Program-made: the position numbers and the translations under genes
Assembly: GCA_016840165.1 (NCBI GenBank)
Contig: JAEOSU010000081.1
Coordinates: forward strand, 1 to 53,751
Length of the DNA: 53,751 nt
Reading direction: 5' to 3'
From: Promethearchaeota archaeon
GTDB taxonomy: Archaea; Asgardarchaeota; Lokiarchaeia; Sigyniarchaeales; SOKP01
Notes under the pieces: generated by a model
Seen by the model: the letters and a program-made list of their open reading frames with translations, nothing else
Database searches by the model: none
Told to the model about the DNA's origin: nothing
Part shown: positions 9,025-18,614 of the stretch, in pieces
How positions within the stretch are numbered: the stretch's first letter is position 1
Layout of the letters: each line of letters starts with the position of its first letter

Positions 9025-9342
9025 TCAGTTTGAAATAGCTTCATTAATCCAATCAATATATATTTTTGAACCATCCTCAATCTTTACGCCAACGCATTCT
9101 GGAAGCTCATAACTATGATTTTTATTTACAATATTTATTAATTCTTCTGATTTTTTTTCTGATGTTTTTATAATCAATAAAACTTCGCTGGCCTCTTCTA
9201 TTTTACCCTTCCAATGATAAATAGAAGATATGTCTTTTATTAAATTAACGCATGCCGCAGCCTTACTTTCAACTAAAATACGAGCGAGTCTTTTTCCATC
9301 TTCAAAATTAGGAACAGTAACATAAAATATCAAATTCTTCAT
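9025..9342 (-). CDS. cutA: divalent-cation tolerance protein CutA
   Basis: AACVN, SIYHWKGKIE, and HSYELPE. Start probably at MKNLIF (the ORF track extends to 9390). Confidence 0.9.
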   Translation of the reverse strand: MKNLIFYVTVPNFEDGKRLARILVESKAAACVNLIKDISSIYHWKGKIEEASEVLLIIKTSEKKSEELINIVNKNHSYELPECVGVKIEDGSKIYIDWINEAISN

Positions 9343-9452
9343 ATTAATTTTTTGATAATCTTTGAAATCATTTAATATTTTGATTTTCAAAAAGAAATCA
9401 TTCTGAAAATTAAAAAATTAGTGTATCATATTAATTTAGATTTATAATAAAG

Positions 9453-9764
9453 TTGATGAAGAGTAGTTTTGAAGAATGGTGGTATGATAAGATTTTTAAA
9501 GTATATTCCAAATCATACAAAAATCCACACGAAGTTTTATGGTTGTATAAAATCCTCAATCGACTCAAATTTCTTTTGGAAATTACGAATGATATCGAAT
9601 TGGTAAAAAATAGTTTGATTATTCTTATTAATCTTTTAGATAATGGCCCCTTAGATATTTATGAAAAATTTGGGAAAGATATTAGAAATTTACCTACAAA
9701 TGAACGTAAGAAAGTCAAAGAACTATTAAAAAAAACACTTATTCTGGAAAAAATAAAAAATTAG
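9453..9764 (+). CDS. hypothetical protein
   Basis: 103-aa helical ORF with no motif. Confidence 0.5.
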   Translation: MMKSSFEEWWYDKIFKVYSKSYKNPHEVLWLYKILNRLKFLLEITNDIELVKNSLIILINLLDNGPLDIYEKFGKDIRNLPTNERKKVKELLKKTLILEKIKN

Positions 9765-9946
9765 TGATTTTTGAATTAAATCTTTGAAATTAATATCAAT
9801 ATAAAATCGGTTCCTTTCAAAAAAAGAAATTATAAATATTTAGAATATTATTAATTATAAAAAAAATAACAGATTTTTAAAAATCTACCCGTTATTTCTA
9901 GTTATTATAAATATGAGAGTTGAAATATTCCTGAAGGTGATTCAAG

Positions 9947-10672
9947 ATTTTACATAATTTTTACCTAATACATCAATATACAGGTATTTGCTTAATTCAT
10001 AGAAAATACGGAACTATAGAATTTAACCAAGATTTAGTTTCGGGCTTTTTAACCGCACTTAAAGATTTTAGTGTCGAATTTTCCAAAGGAAGCGGAGAAC
10101 TCAAAATCATAGATATGCAGATTTTCTACCTATTATTAGTATTCAAGGAAGGAATTCTCTGTACTGCAGCAGCTGATAAAAACGACGATGCAAAGATTAC
10201 CCACAAGGTTTTAAGTGATATTATTGATAAATTCACTGATGAATTTGGAGGATTGATTGAAAATTGGTCAGGGGATGTAAGGATTTTCAAGGGCTTTGAA
10301 AGCGTTATTGATGAAATGTTAATGATTGGTAAAGTTGCGGAAATCCAATTGAAGATCCCAATATTAAAAATATATGAAAAAGATTTTCGCAAATCTCAAC
10401 AAAAAATCATGAAAAAAGGCTTAATTTTGTCAGAAGAAGATCTACGGGTAGCTCAAAATCAAAAACCAAAGTGGACTCTAAAAAGACTTCCTGCCCAAGT
10501 CATTACCCAAGGGTTTTTGGATAAGGAAATGTATAAAATTGCACATTTAGCTGATGGCTTTCATACTATTCCGGATATTGCTGAAGAGAGCGGAAAACCA
10601 GTAGGAGACATCCAAGTGTTAATTGATGATCTCGATGATTTAGGACTGTTAAAGTTTATTGAAATTAAATAA
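9947..10672 (+). CDS. longin-domain protein with C-terminal winged helix; probable ATT start
   Basis: The frame stays open 56 codons upstream of ATG 10115: (I)LHNFYLIHQYTGICLIHRKYGTIEFNQDLVSGFLTALKDF, an Asgard longin-type pattern. AGGTGA lies 6 nt before ATT 9947. The C-terminus TIPDIAEESGKPVGDIQVLIDDLDDLGLL is wHTH-like. Confidence 0.7.
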   Translation: MLHNFYLIHQYTGICLIHRKYGTIEFNQDLVSGFLTALKDFSVEFSKGSGELKIIDMQIFYLLLVFKEGILCTAAADKNDDAKITHKVLSDIIDKFTDEFGGLIENWSGDVRIFKGFESVIDEMLMIGKVAEIQLKIPILKIYEKDFRKSQQKIMKKGLILSEEDLRVAQNQKPKWTLKRLPAQVITQGFLDKEMYKIAHLADGFHTIPDIAEESGKPVGDIQVLIDDLDDLGLLKFIEIK

Positions 10673-10700
10673 AGTATCCTATCTGGTTGAAAAATACTTT

Positions 10701-10880
10701 TTAGATGAATTTGTAATATTTAACATATTCTCTTAAGAAAGGATTATATCTAAAACCTATTTCATAATGGTAACGACATTTGGGGCATACATAGATCGTA
10801 GCATTAACGCCAAAAGTTCCTTCACATGGTTTCTGATTCATGAGCGCTCCACATTTATCGCAATATACTATTTCTGACAT
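10701..10880 (-). CDS. 59-aa zinc-ribbon microprotein (not in the ORF track)
   Basis: MSEIVYCDKCGALMNQKPCEGTFGVNATIYVCPKCRYHYEIGFRYNPFLREYVKYYKFI, with CDKCG...CPKC. Confidence 0.75.
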   Translation of the reverse strand: MSEIVYCDKCGALMNQKPCEGTFGVNATIYVCPKCRYHYEIGFRYNPFLREYVKYYKFI

Positions 10881-10993
10881 ACTCTTACTTTAAACTTTAG
10901 TAATAAAAACTCCTCAGATTTTTGCTGATTAAAATGGTGAAACAGAAAAAGATTCAAAAAATTTATGAAATTAAAAAAACTTATTTGTTTAGA

Positions 10994-12466
10994 ATGAATG
11001 TGAATAAAATTGAAGAAAATATTTATGAAATTTCACCCTCAACATTAATGGCTCGTGTAGAGGGAACAATTAAGAAATTTCAGATGAAAGTTCCTGTTCA
11101 TATTTATGCTAATGAGTATATCTTAGAAAAAATTAAAAAAGACAGAACTCTTGATCAAATTTGTAATGTGGCATGCTTACCAGGGATTCAAAAGCATGCT
11201 ATAGCACTTTCAGACGCACATCAAGGATATGGTTTTTGTATCGGTGGTGTGGCAGGAACAGATGCTAATGAAGGTATGATTTCGCCTGGAGGTGTAGGCT
11301 ATGACATAAATTGCGGAGTTAGGTTGTTAAGGACAAACCTTTTTCTAGATGATATAAAACAAAAACTTCCTTCACTCCTCAATAGGATGTTTAAAAATAT
11401 TCCTTCAGGTTTAGGCTCAAAAGGAAAATTAGATATTAGCTATAGAGATTTGGATGAGGTTTTAGATACTGGTTTAAACTGGACACTAAAAAATGATTAT
11501 GCCATTGATCAGGACTTAAAGCATTGTGAAGAGAATGGATTTTTGAAAGATGCCAATTCAAAATTAATTTCTGATAAAGCTAAACAAAGAGCAATAAATC
11601 AACTTGGATCATTAGGTAGTGGAAATCACTTTTTAGAAATTCAGAGAGTGGATCAGATATTCAATAAGGATATTGCTAAAAAATTAGGTATTGTAGAAAA
11701 AGATCAAGTTACCACGATGGTCCATACGGGATCGCGTGCTTTAGGTCATCAAGTATGTTCAGATTCACTCAGAAATATCGAAAAGGCAATGAAAAAGTAC
11801 AATATTGAAGTTCCGGACAGAGAGTTAGCTTGTGTTCCAGCAAACACAAAAGAAGCTAAAGATTATTTAAGTCAAATGGCGTGTGCAGCAAATTTTGGAT
11901 TTTGCAATCGCCAATTAATAACTCACTGGTTACGAGAATCATTTCAACAAGAATACAATAAGACTATAGATGATATAGATTTTCACCTTATATATGGTGT
12001 TTGCCATAATATTTTAAAGATTGAAGAGCATGAGATTAATGGAAAAAAGATGTATTTGAATGTGCATAGAAAGGGTGCAACTAGAGCGTTTCCTCCCGGT
12101 CATTCTGAAATACCTAATGATTATAAAAATATTGGACAGCCAGTATTAATACCTGGAACTATGGGATCTGCCTCATATCTATGTGTAGGAAAACCAAAAG
12201 CTATGGATCTTTCTTTTGGTTCTACAGCGCATGGCTCAGGTCGAGTGATGTCAAGATCGAAGGCAACTAAAAAATATTGGGGCTCTAAAGTAAAGGATGA
12301 TCTTAGTAATAAAGGTATATTAGTAAAAGCAGCATCAATGAAAGTTATCGCTGAAGAAGCTCCTGGGGCTTATAAAGATATTGATCAGGTTGTTCAAGTA
12401 AGTCATGATCTTAATATTATTGAAAAAATAGTTAGATTAGTCCCTGTTGGAGTCGTTAAGGGATAA
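10994..12466 (+). CDS. rtcB: RNA-splicing ligase RtcB
   Basis: DAHQGYGF, GVGYDINCG, LGSLGSGNHFLE, HTGSR, HN, HRKGATRAF, HGSGR, and EEAPGAYK. Start probably at ATG 10994 (the ORF is open from 10922). Confidence 0.97.
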   Translation: MNVNKIEENIYEISPSTLMARVEGTIKKFQMKVPVHIYANEYILEKIKKDRTLDQICNVACLPGIQKHAIALSDAHQGYGFCIGGVAGTDANEGMISPGGVGYDINCGVRLLRTNLFLDDIKQKLPSLLNRMFKNIPSGLGSKGKLDISYRDLDEVLDTGLNWTLKNDYAIDQDLKHCEENGFLKDANSKLISDKAKQRAINQLGSLGSGNHFLEIQRVDQIFNKDIAKKLGIVEKDQVTTMVHTGSRALGHQVCSDSLRNIEKAMKKYNIEVPDRELACVPANTKEAKDYLSQMACAANFGFCNRQLITHWLRESFQQEYNKTIDDIDFHLIYGVCHNILKIEEHEINGKKMYLNVHRKGATRAFPPGHSEIPNDYKNIGQPVLIPGTMGSASYLCVGKPKAMDLSFGSTAHGSGRVMSRSKATKKYWGSKVKDDLSNKGILVKAASMKVIAEEAPGAYKDIDQVVQVSHDLNIIEKIVRLVPVGVVKG

Positions 12467-12469
12467 GGC

Positions 12470-12907
12470 CTAAATATCAAAAACGATATCGATTTGAACT
12501 CTATCTTTTTTTTCCTCAATATTCATAAAAGAATATGTGATAGCTTTGACTTCAATTCCTATTTCATGATATTGCTTGTTAAATTTTTCTCCTTTAGCTA
12601 GAGCTTTTAAGTAATAGCTATTATCTTTTAAAATAATTGATTGCACCTCAATTTCACTAAAAAGTAATCCTTCAACATCGAAGATATAAAGAAATTCAGT
12701 TAAGAAATCAATAGCAAGTGCATATTTATCTTCTGATTCGATCTTAAGTTCCTTTGATACCTTATGCTTTATTTTATCTAGGTTTGGTGAGATCGTAGCC
12801 ATAAGACTTAAAGCTACTTGAGAAAAAGCTTCTTCAAGATTTCTTCCCCAACTTCTTACTTTTACATCAGCAGTATGTTCTATAAATTCATAACCTGCTT
12901 TCTTCAT
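12470..12907 (-). CDS. archease
   Basis: YEFIEHTADV, EVKAITY, and C-terminal VFDI. Confidence 0.95.
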   Translation of the reverse strand: MKKAGYEFIEHTADVKVRSWGRNLEEAFSQVALSLMATISPNLDKIKHKVSKELKIESEDKYALAIDFLTEFLYIFDVEGLLFSEIEVQSIILKDNSYYLKALAKGEKFNKQYHEIGIEVKAITYSFMNIEEKKDRVQIDIVFDI

Positions 12908-13020
12908 TATTTATGACTCGTTCTTAAATATTATCAATTAGAGAATTTGCTTTTTATTAAATTTTTTCTAAAAATATTTTCTTAGGACTTTAAATTTTTC
13001 AATCAAAATTATTCTATTGT

Positions 13021-13518
13021 ATGCTATATACAATTCTGGATGATTTAATCTTTTATCAAGTCTTAAGAGTTGTTAATAAATTAATGAATTTCGAAATAAG
13101 ACTATATCAGTATTTTCATCAAAAAACACGTATCTATCCTCAAAATGTAATTCATATCAATAAATTTATCTTCTTTATTGTTAATAATGAGGATTATTTC
13201 ATTGCTAAAGATTACCTCAATAGTATTCGGAAAGAATTAGTTAAAAAAGTACTTATTATTCGAGCAGAAAATACACTTATAAACTTAATATATAGCCTAT
13301 TTCCAGATCTCTATATTCATGATATAAAAATTGAATGGAATGTTTATTCTGGAAAAAGAGAGATTTCGATATGTTTTCTTTCATTTAAGGAACGAGGAGT
13401 CGCGGTTGGATGTAATGGTGATTATATTAAGACTGTAAATCAACTTTTAGAAAAAAATGTTAAATTTCAAAATGATGAAAAACCAATTAAAATTAATTGT
13501 ATATCTTATAGTAATTAA
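13021..13518 (+). CDS. NusA-like KH-domain protein (divergent paralog)
   Basis: LIYSLFPD and ERGVAVGCNGDYIK (GxxG KH loop); the first KH GxxG is absent. Confidence 0.6.
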   Translation: MLYTILDDLIFYQVLRVVNKLMNFEIRLYQYFHQKTRIYPQNVIHINKFIFFIVNNEDYFIAKDYLNSIRKELVKKVLIIRAENTLINLIYSLFPDLYIHDIKIEWNVYSGKREISICFLSFKERGVAVGCNGDYIKTVNQLLEKNVKFQNDEKPIKINCISYSN

Positions 13519-13524
13519 TTATAA

Positions 13525-14313
13525 TTACCATGGAACATCCTTTAAACCTATAAAATATGCAACTGTATTTGCTATGATACCGACTGAAGGGGTTAAAATG
13601 AGAAGAAAGGTAATCATAAATATGTCAGGTGCCAAATAAGTATCGGGGATAAAAAAGCTGGGAATTGATGCGAAGATTATTGCAATTCCAGCAAAATCTA
13701 ATGAGTCTATCACCCAAAAGGGTTCTCCGCTTTCAATTTTAAATCTTCTCTTTAAAAATGAGCCTACCAAATCTCCAATTCCTGCACCATATGAACATAG
13801 AATAATTCGTAATACTATGATAGCAAATCCAAAGGGCATAGTTCCACCTATAAAATAATATTGATAATAGAATATATCATTATAAAGTTTATATATTCCA
13901 AGAGGTATTCCAATATCAGGAATAAACCTGATAAAATCCCATAAAAGTAGAAATAACAAAAATATACCTAATGAAATAGGGATTCCAATATAAAGAGGAC
14001 CTTTTATTAATCCATTCCAAGTTTTATGGTCTCCTAATATTCTTCTTCCATCTCTCCAGTTTTTCCCCCCATCTACAGGTTTTCCTTTCCCAACAATCAC
14101 CATTCCAGCATTCGATATGTATGCAGGAACAATAAATAACAAACTAAAAATCAATAGAGCGATCCAATCCGCCCACGAATAAAGTAATGAGATGAATACA
14201 AAATCTAAAAAGAGCAAACATGTAAAAAATATTGTAAGATATTTTGCAATGTTTGTATTTCGTTTCTTTTTATCATCTTGATTGTTAGTTGTATCCATTA
14301 TTGTTTCAATCAA
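13525..14313 (-). CDS. carS: CDP-archaeol synthase
   Basis: PAYISN, PVDGGKNWRDGRRILGDHKTWNG, GDLVGSFLKRR, DSLDF, and GLKDVPW. Confidence 0.93.
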   Translation of the reverse strand: MIETIMDTTNNQDDKKKRNTNIAKYLTIFFTCLLFLDFVFISLLYSWADWIALLIFSLLFIVPAYISNAGMVIVGKGKPVDGGKNWRDGRRILGDHKTWNGLIKGPLYIGIPISLGIFLLFLLLWDFIRFIPDIGIPLGIYKLYNDIFYYQYYFIGGTMPFGFAIIVLRIILCSYGAGIGDLVGSFLKRRFKIESGEPFWVIDSLDFAGIAIIFASIPSFFIPDTYLAPDIFMITFLLILTPSVGIIANTVAYFIGLKDVPW

Positions 14314-14601
14314 TTATATCTCAAATTAGATATTCTAATATTAAATGAAAATTAAAGGTTATTAAAGTAGTTTGATTGTACTAGAGTATTAATAATATTG
14401 TTCCGCAAATAAAAATCTTTTAAAAGCCCGACAATAATATTATCAATTACTGACTTGGTTATAGTTAATTGTAGTTTTAAAATGATATTAATTATTTATC
14501 ATCCAGTCAATAATTTTTAGATTAATAATTAATCTTATATAGGAGTTTTGCATTCGAAATTATAGTTGTTCGTATGGAAAAAATTAATATGGTGACGATG
14601 A

Positions 14602-15924
14602 TTGTTGACTAATCCTAACAAAAATGAAGATATGTCCTTTAATATCGATAAATTTTATAAAGATTATCTAAAAGGACCAACTATTTTTAAAAAACGAGAG
14701 GCTCTTGAGCCATCATTTATACCTAACGAACTACCTCATAGAGATTACGAAATAGAGAAAATAGCTGCCATCACAGCATGTGCTTTAAAAGGAGATGTCC
14801 CCCCTAATCTACTCTGTTATGGAATGACCGGTACTGGAAAAACAGCTACTATAAGATATATAAGTCAGAAACTGGCCCAACATTGTAAAGGACATACGCC
14901 TTGGTGGGTTTATATTAATTGTAATGTAGTATCAACACCTTATCGAATATTAGCCCATATTTATAATACAATTAGCCAAAAAGAAAAAATTCCTCCAACA
15001 GGATTACCAAAAGATATAATTTTCAAAAAATTGTTAGGTTTATTGGATATTCGTATCAACAATTGTATCTGTTTTCTTGTATTAGATGAAATAGATATAT
15101 TGATAGGGAAAAAGGGAGGAAATGAGATACTATATGACTTGACTCGGTTAAATGAAAATTTAGATTATTGTCGCACCAGCCTAATAGGGATATCTAATAA
15201 ACTAAAGTTTATCGACTATTTAGATTCAAGAGTAAATTCCAGTTTAGGAGAGGAAGAACCTATAGTTTTCCATCCCTATAATGCAAACCAATTAGCGGAT
15301 ATTCTCAAACAAAGAGCAGAGATTGCCTTTCCCGATGGAGTAATCGAGGATGGAGTTATTAAATTATGTGCAGGATTAGCTGCTAAAGAACATGGAGACG
15401 CAAGGAAAGCTTTACAGCTTTTACGCAAGGCAGGGGAGATAGCTGAAAGGAAACATAATAAAACAATTTTAGAGTCTTATGTTCAGAAAGCTCAAAGAGA
15501 TATTGATAAAGATCAAGTTGTTGAGTATATTCTTTCAATGCCACTTCAATCTCAACTCACCTTAACTGCGATCTTTTTATTACAGAAATATGGAAAGGGA
15601 CATATAATTACTTCGGGAGATATATATGATGTACATACAGAACTCTCTAATAGAATTCCGGGGGTGAAACAATTAACTAAAAGAAGAATTAGTGATTATA
15701 TTAACGAATTAGCTTTAGCAGGACTAATTTCAGCTATTACAAAATCTATGGGGCATTATGGTAGGACCAAAATTATTAACCTTGATATCAACATGAATTT
15801 GGTGGAACGCATCTTGAACCAAATACCTAAAATAAAGATAGCTAATTTGCTGAATATCAAACCAACTCTTTTACAAATGGATAAAGTAAGGTTAAAAAAT
15901 AACGTTTTCAAAAAACTACTTTAA
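14602..15924 (+). CDS. cdc6: Orc1/Cdc6 replication initiator
   Basis: LPHRD, Walker A GMTGTGKT, Walker B LDEID, GDARKAL, and a C-terminal winged helix with GHYGRT. The exact start is uncertain. Confidence 0.96.
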   Translation: MLTNPNKNEDMSFNIDKFYKDYLKGPTIFKKREALEPSFIPNELPHRDYEIEKIAAITACALKGDVPPNLLCYGMTGTGKTATIRYISQKLAQHCKGHTPWWVYINCNVVSTPYRILAHIYNTISQKEKIPPTGLPKDIIFKKLLGLLDIRINNCICFLVLDEIDILIGKKGGNEILYDLTRLNENLDYCRTSLIGISNKLKFIDYLDSRVNSSLGEEEPIVFHPYNANQLADILKQRAEIAFPDGVIEDGVIKLCAGLAAKEHGDARKALQLLRKAGEIAERKHNKTILESYVQKAQRDIDKDQVVEYILSMPLQSQLTLTAIFLLQKYGKGHIITSGDIYDVHTELSNRIPGVKQLTKRRISDYINELALAGLISAITKSMGHYGRTKIINLDINMNLVERILNQIPKIKIANLLNIKPTLLQMDKVRLKNNVFKKLL

Positions 15925-16604
15925 GAAGAGAAATCCCAGTTATTTATTTGGTTTATAATATTCTCAAGAAAGTAAATAGCTAATTCCTCATTTTCTTTTT
16001 TTAGATATAAAAATAATTTAATAAGATGTTTGCAAAACATCTTAGCTTTAGCTCTCCTTGTTTCAAAATCGTGGCAATTATGTAATAATCTTTGTTCTTT
16101 AATATTTATATTTACGATATAACTCTTTTCTGATGTTCCTTTAATTTCTGCTTCAAGAATTCCCTTTTTTTTATCAATGATAGTAATATCAAGAGCATCA
16201 TCTGAAACAGTCACAGCTCGATTTAAGGCTCCATTATCAGCAATTTTTTTTATGAGATGATTGAAGTTATTTTCATTATTAATTTGAATCCTTTTCACTA
16301 TTTTTTCTCTCCTCTTTCGATTCATGATATTTTCTTTAATTTTAATTTGTCGCAACCTCTGCCATTCTATAAATTTTTGGTTTAACTCATCTGAGAGCCT
16401 AAGAAGTGAATTTTCCTCCGAAACGAGTAATCCTTTTGTTAATGCATCTTTGATGAACACTGATGCCTCTTTAGGATCAAATATAAAGTATTCAAATATC
16501 ACTTTATATAAGAGATCTTCATAAGAAATAGAGGGTAGATCAATTATTTTCCAAGTATAAAGAATCATATCATCTGGATTATCACGAGGGACAGAAATTT
16601 TCAT
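15921..16604 (-). CDS. hypothetical protein with a winged-helix-like N-terminus and a C-terminal SWIM-type zinc finger
   Basis: YIVNIN...HNCHDF...FCKHLIKL. Confidence 0.65.
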   Translation of the reverse strand: MKISVPRDNPDDMILYTWKIIDLPSISYEDLLYKVIFEYFIFDPKEASVFIKDALTKGLLVSEENSLLRLSDELNQKFIEWQRLRQIKIKENIMNRKRREKIVKRIQINNENNFNHLIKKIADNGALNRAVTVSDDALDITIIDKKKGILEAEIKGTSEKSYIVNINIKEQRLLHNCHDFETRRAKAKMFCKHLIKLFLYLKKENEELAIYFLENIINQINNWDFSS

Positions 16605-16633
16605 TGATAATAACCTAAATTGTGTTTAACTTA

Positions 16634-18346
16634 TTAATTTAAAATGGTTTTTATATCTAAGGGATAAAACCGTAAATTATCAAGTTCAATTATTGGAACA
16701 ATTCCAGGTGTAGGTATGATGCCAAAACTTCTCATGAAATCGGTTTGTGCTTGAAAACATCCAGAATTCACTAATGAAACATGACGATAACGGTCAAATC
16801 CATTAATATGGACATGTCCAGTATGAAAAATATCTGGGATTTTATCTATAACTAACCAATCTTTATCGGTTGGCGCAATCTGAGTTTTTTCACCAAATAC
16901 TGGAGCTAGATGCCTAGATATAAGTAATTCCTTCATAGTCTCAGTGGGTTCATTAATATTAAAATCATGAATAAGCATATTTAAGTCATGAATACTCTCC
17001 CCATGATAAATTAGTGTATTTACATTATGAGTTTGGATATATGAGGGATTTCCTAAGCAAATAACTCCAAGATCAAATATATCTTCACAATATTTCTTCG
17101 GAACTGCTGGTCGAGGAATCGCATTTCTTACTGGTTCATGATTTCCCGCTGTGTAAAAGATCTTAATATGTTCAGGAATTTGAGCAATAAATTCGGATGC
17201 TTTTTCGTATTGTTTATAAATATCAGAGATATTAAGGTCTTTCTCTTGATTCGGATAGACCCCTATTCCATCTACTAAATCTCCATTTATCACAAGATAT
17301 TTGATTTTTGATGCCATCTCCCTGTGTTTAGCGTTACCTAATTTTCCATTTAAGAACGAGATAAATCTACTAAATAATTTCTCTTCAAATTCTTTGCTTC
17401 CTATATGAGTATCTGATATAAGAGCAATTGATAAAGGAACATCGGAATTATTAGGTTGATAATCAGTAGGGATGTCGATTTTTGTTATATAGTCAGCAAA
17501 AATGATTCCTCGATTTCGACTATCGCCTGGATTATATGTTCCTTGGACATACAACATCTGATCATATACAAGATGATTGAATAAATTATGGATAGTTTGA
17601 TTTTCACTATCTTTACGGATTAATACATTAATAGAACCAGTAAGATCTTCAATTTCAAAAAAGAAGTTCTGATTTTTTGTCTGACGAAAATTTTTTACTA
17701 AACCTATGGTAGATACATCGGAACTGCTAGAAAGCCTTAAAATATTATTAATATTAGTTGCTGAAAGCACATCGGGACGCTTTCTCATTAATTTATTTAA
17801 ATTTCTAAATTTGTCTAATGTCATATTATAGAATTCATCATAATCTCCGTTGGTATATATTTTTCCCGTTGGATCTTTTAAAATTTTATAATCAGAATCA
17901 TATTCCTTAGCTATTGGTCGAAATAATGAATGTGATTTAGTAGTTTCATAAATTCTTGAAGTCTCCTTCGATTTCAAGGAGTTTGATGCAGAAAAACCCT
18001 TCTGGTTTTTTAATTTTGATTTTGGTTCTATTGAAGCTTTTAACGTTCTCTCTTTTTCATTTATTTTGAGATCATTTTTTGAAATAAATCCTTCTCTTGG
18101 ACTAATTTGGTCTTTTTTTAGAAGAATTCTATGTAATTCTTGGTTCGAAATTTTTTTTAGAATTTCGGGCGTTATATGACTATGAAATTGGGGGATAAAA
18201 CTTATTTCTCGAATTATTAATTCTAAAGATTGGTGGGGATTGTCCATATTTAATATCATTTCTAAAACTGAAGGAGTTATATTAATCTCAGAATTAATCA
18301 ATTTCTGAACAATGAGATATTTCTGGTCTAGCTTATCGTCTTTCAA
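16634..18346 (-). CDS. polB: DNA polymerase D small subunit DP1
   Basis: OB fold (IEDLTGSI); SDTHIGS, GDLVDGIGVYPNQ, GNHE, YHG, RHLAP, and HTGHVH phosphoesterase motifs. Confidence 0.96.
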   Translation of the reverse strand: MKDDKLDQKYLIVQKLINSEINITPSVLEMILNMDNPHQSLELIIREISFIPQFHSHITPEILKKISNQELHRILLKKDQISPREGFISKNDLKINEKERTLKASIEPKSKLKNQKGFSASNSLKSKETSRIYETTKSHSLFRPIAKEYDSDYKILKDPTGKIYTNGDYDEFYNMTLDKFRNLNKLMRKRPDVLSATNINNILRLSSSSDVSTIGLVKNFRQTKNQNFFFEIEDLTGSINVLIRKDSENQTIHNLFNHLVYDQMLYVQGTYNPGDSRNRGIIFADYITKIDIPTDYQPNNSDVPLSIALISDTHIGSKEFEEKLFSRFISFLNGKLGNAKHREMASKIKYLVINGDLVDGIGVYPNQEKDLNISDIYKQYEKASEFIAQIPEHIKIFYTAGNHEPVRNAIPRPAVPKKYCEDIFDLGVICLGNPSYIQTHNVNTLIYHGESIHDLNMLIHDFNINEPTETMKELLISRHLAPVFGEKTQIAPTDKDWLVIDKIPDIFHTGHVHINGFDRYRHVSLVNSGCFQAQTDFMRSFGIIPTPGIVPIIELDNLRFYPLDIKTILN

Positions 18347-18614
18347 GAAAAATCATTTATAAAAGAATTATGATATTAATAATCCTTATAATTAAATTAT
18401 TTATTATTAAAGAAAAAACATCTTTTCTATTTATAAAAAGAGACTAATAGAGATAACTAATTATCATGAAAAATTGTTAAACTCTAATTATTCAAATATT
18501 AGAATAGAATTAGCCTATTAATAGAATTATTTAATTTTATTAAAAAAAATTGAATAATATAGCGTTAGTTTCATCTTGATAGTTTTAATATTAATTGTCT
18601 AAGGACGTGTAAAA

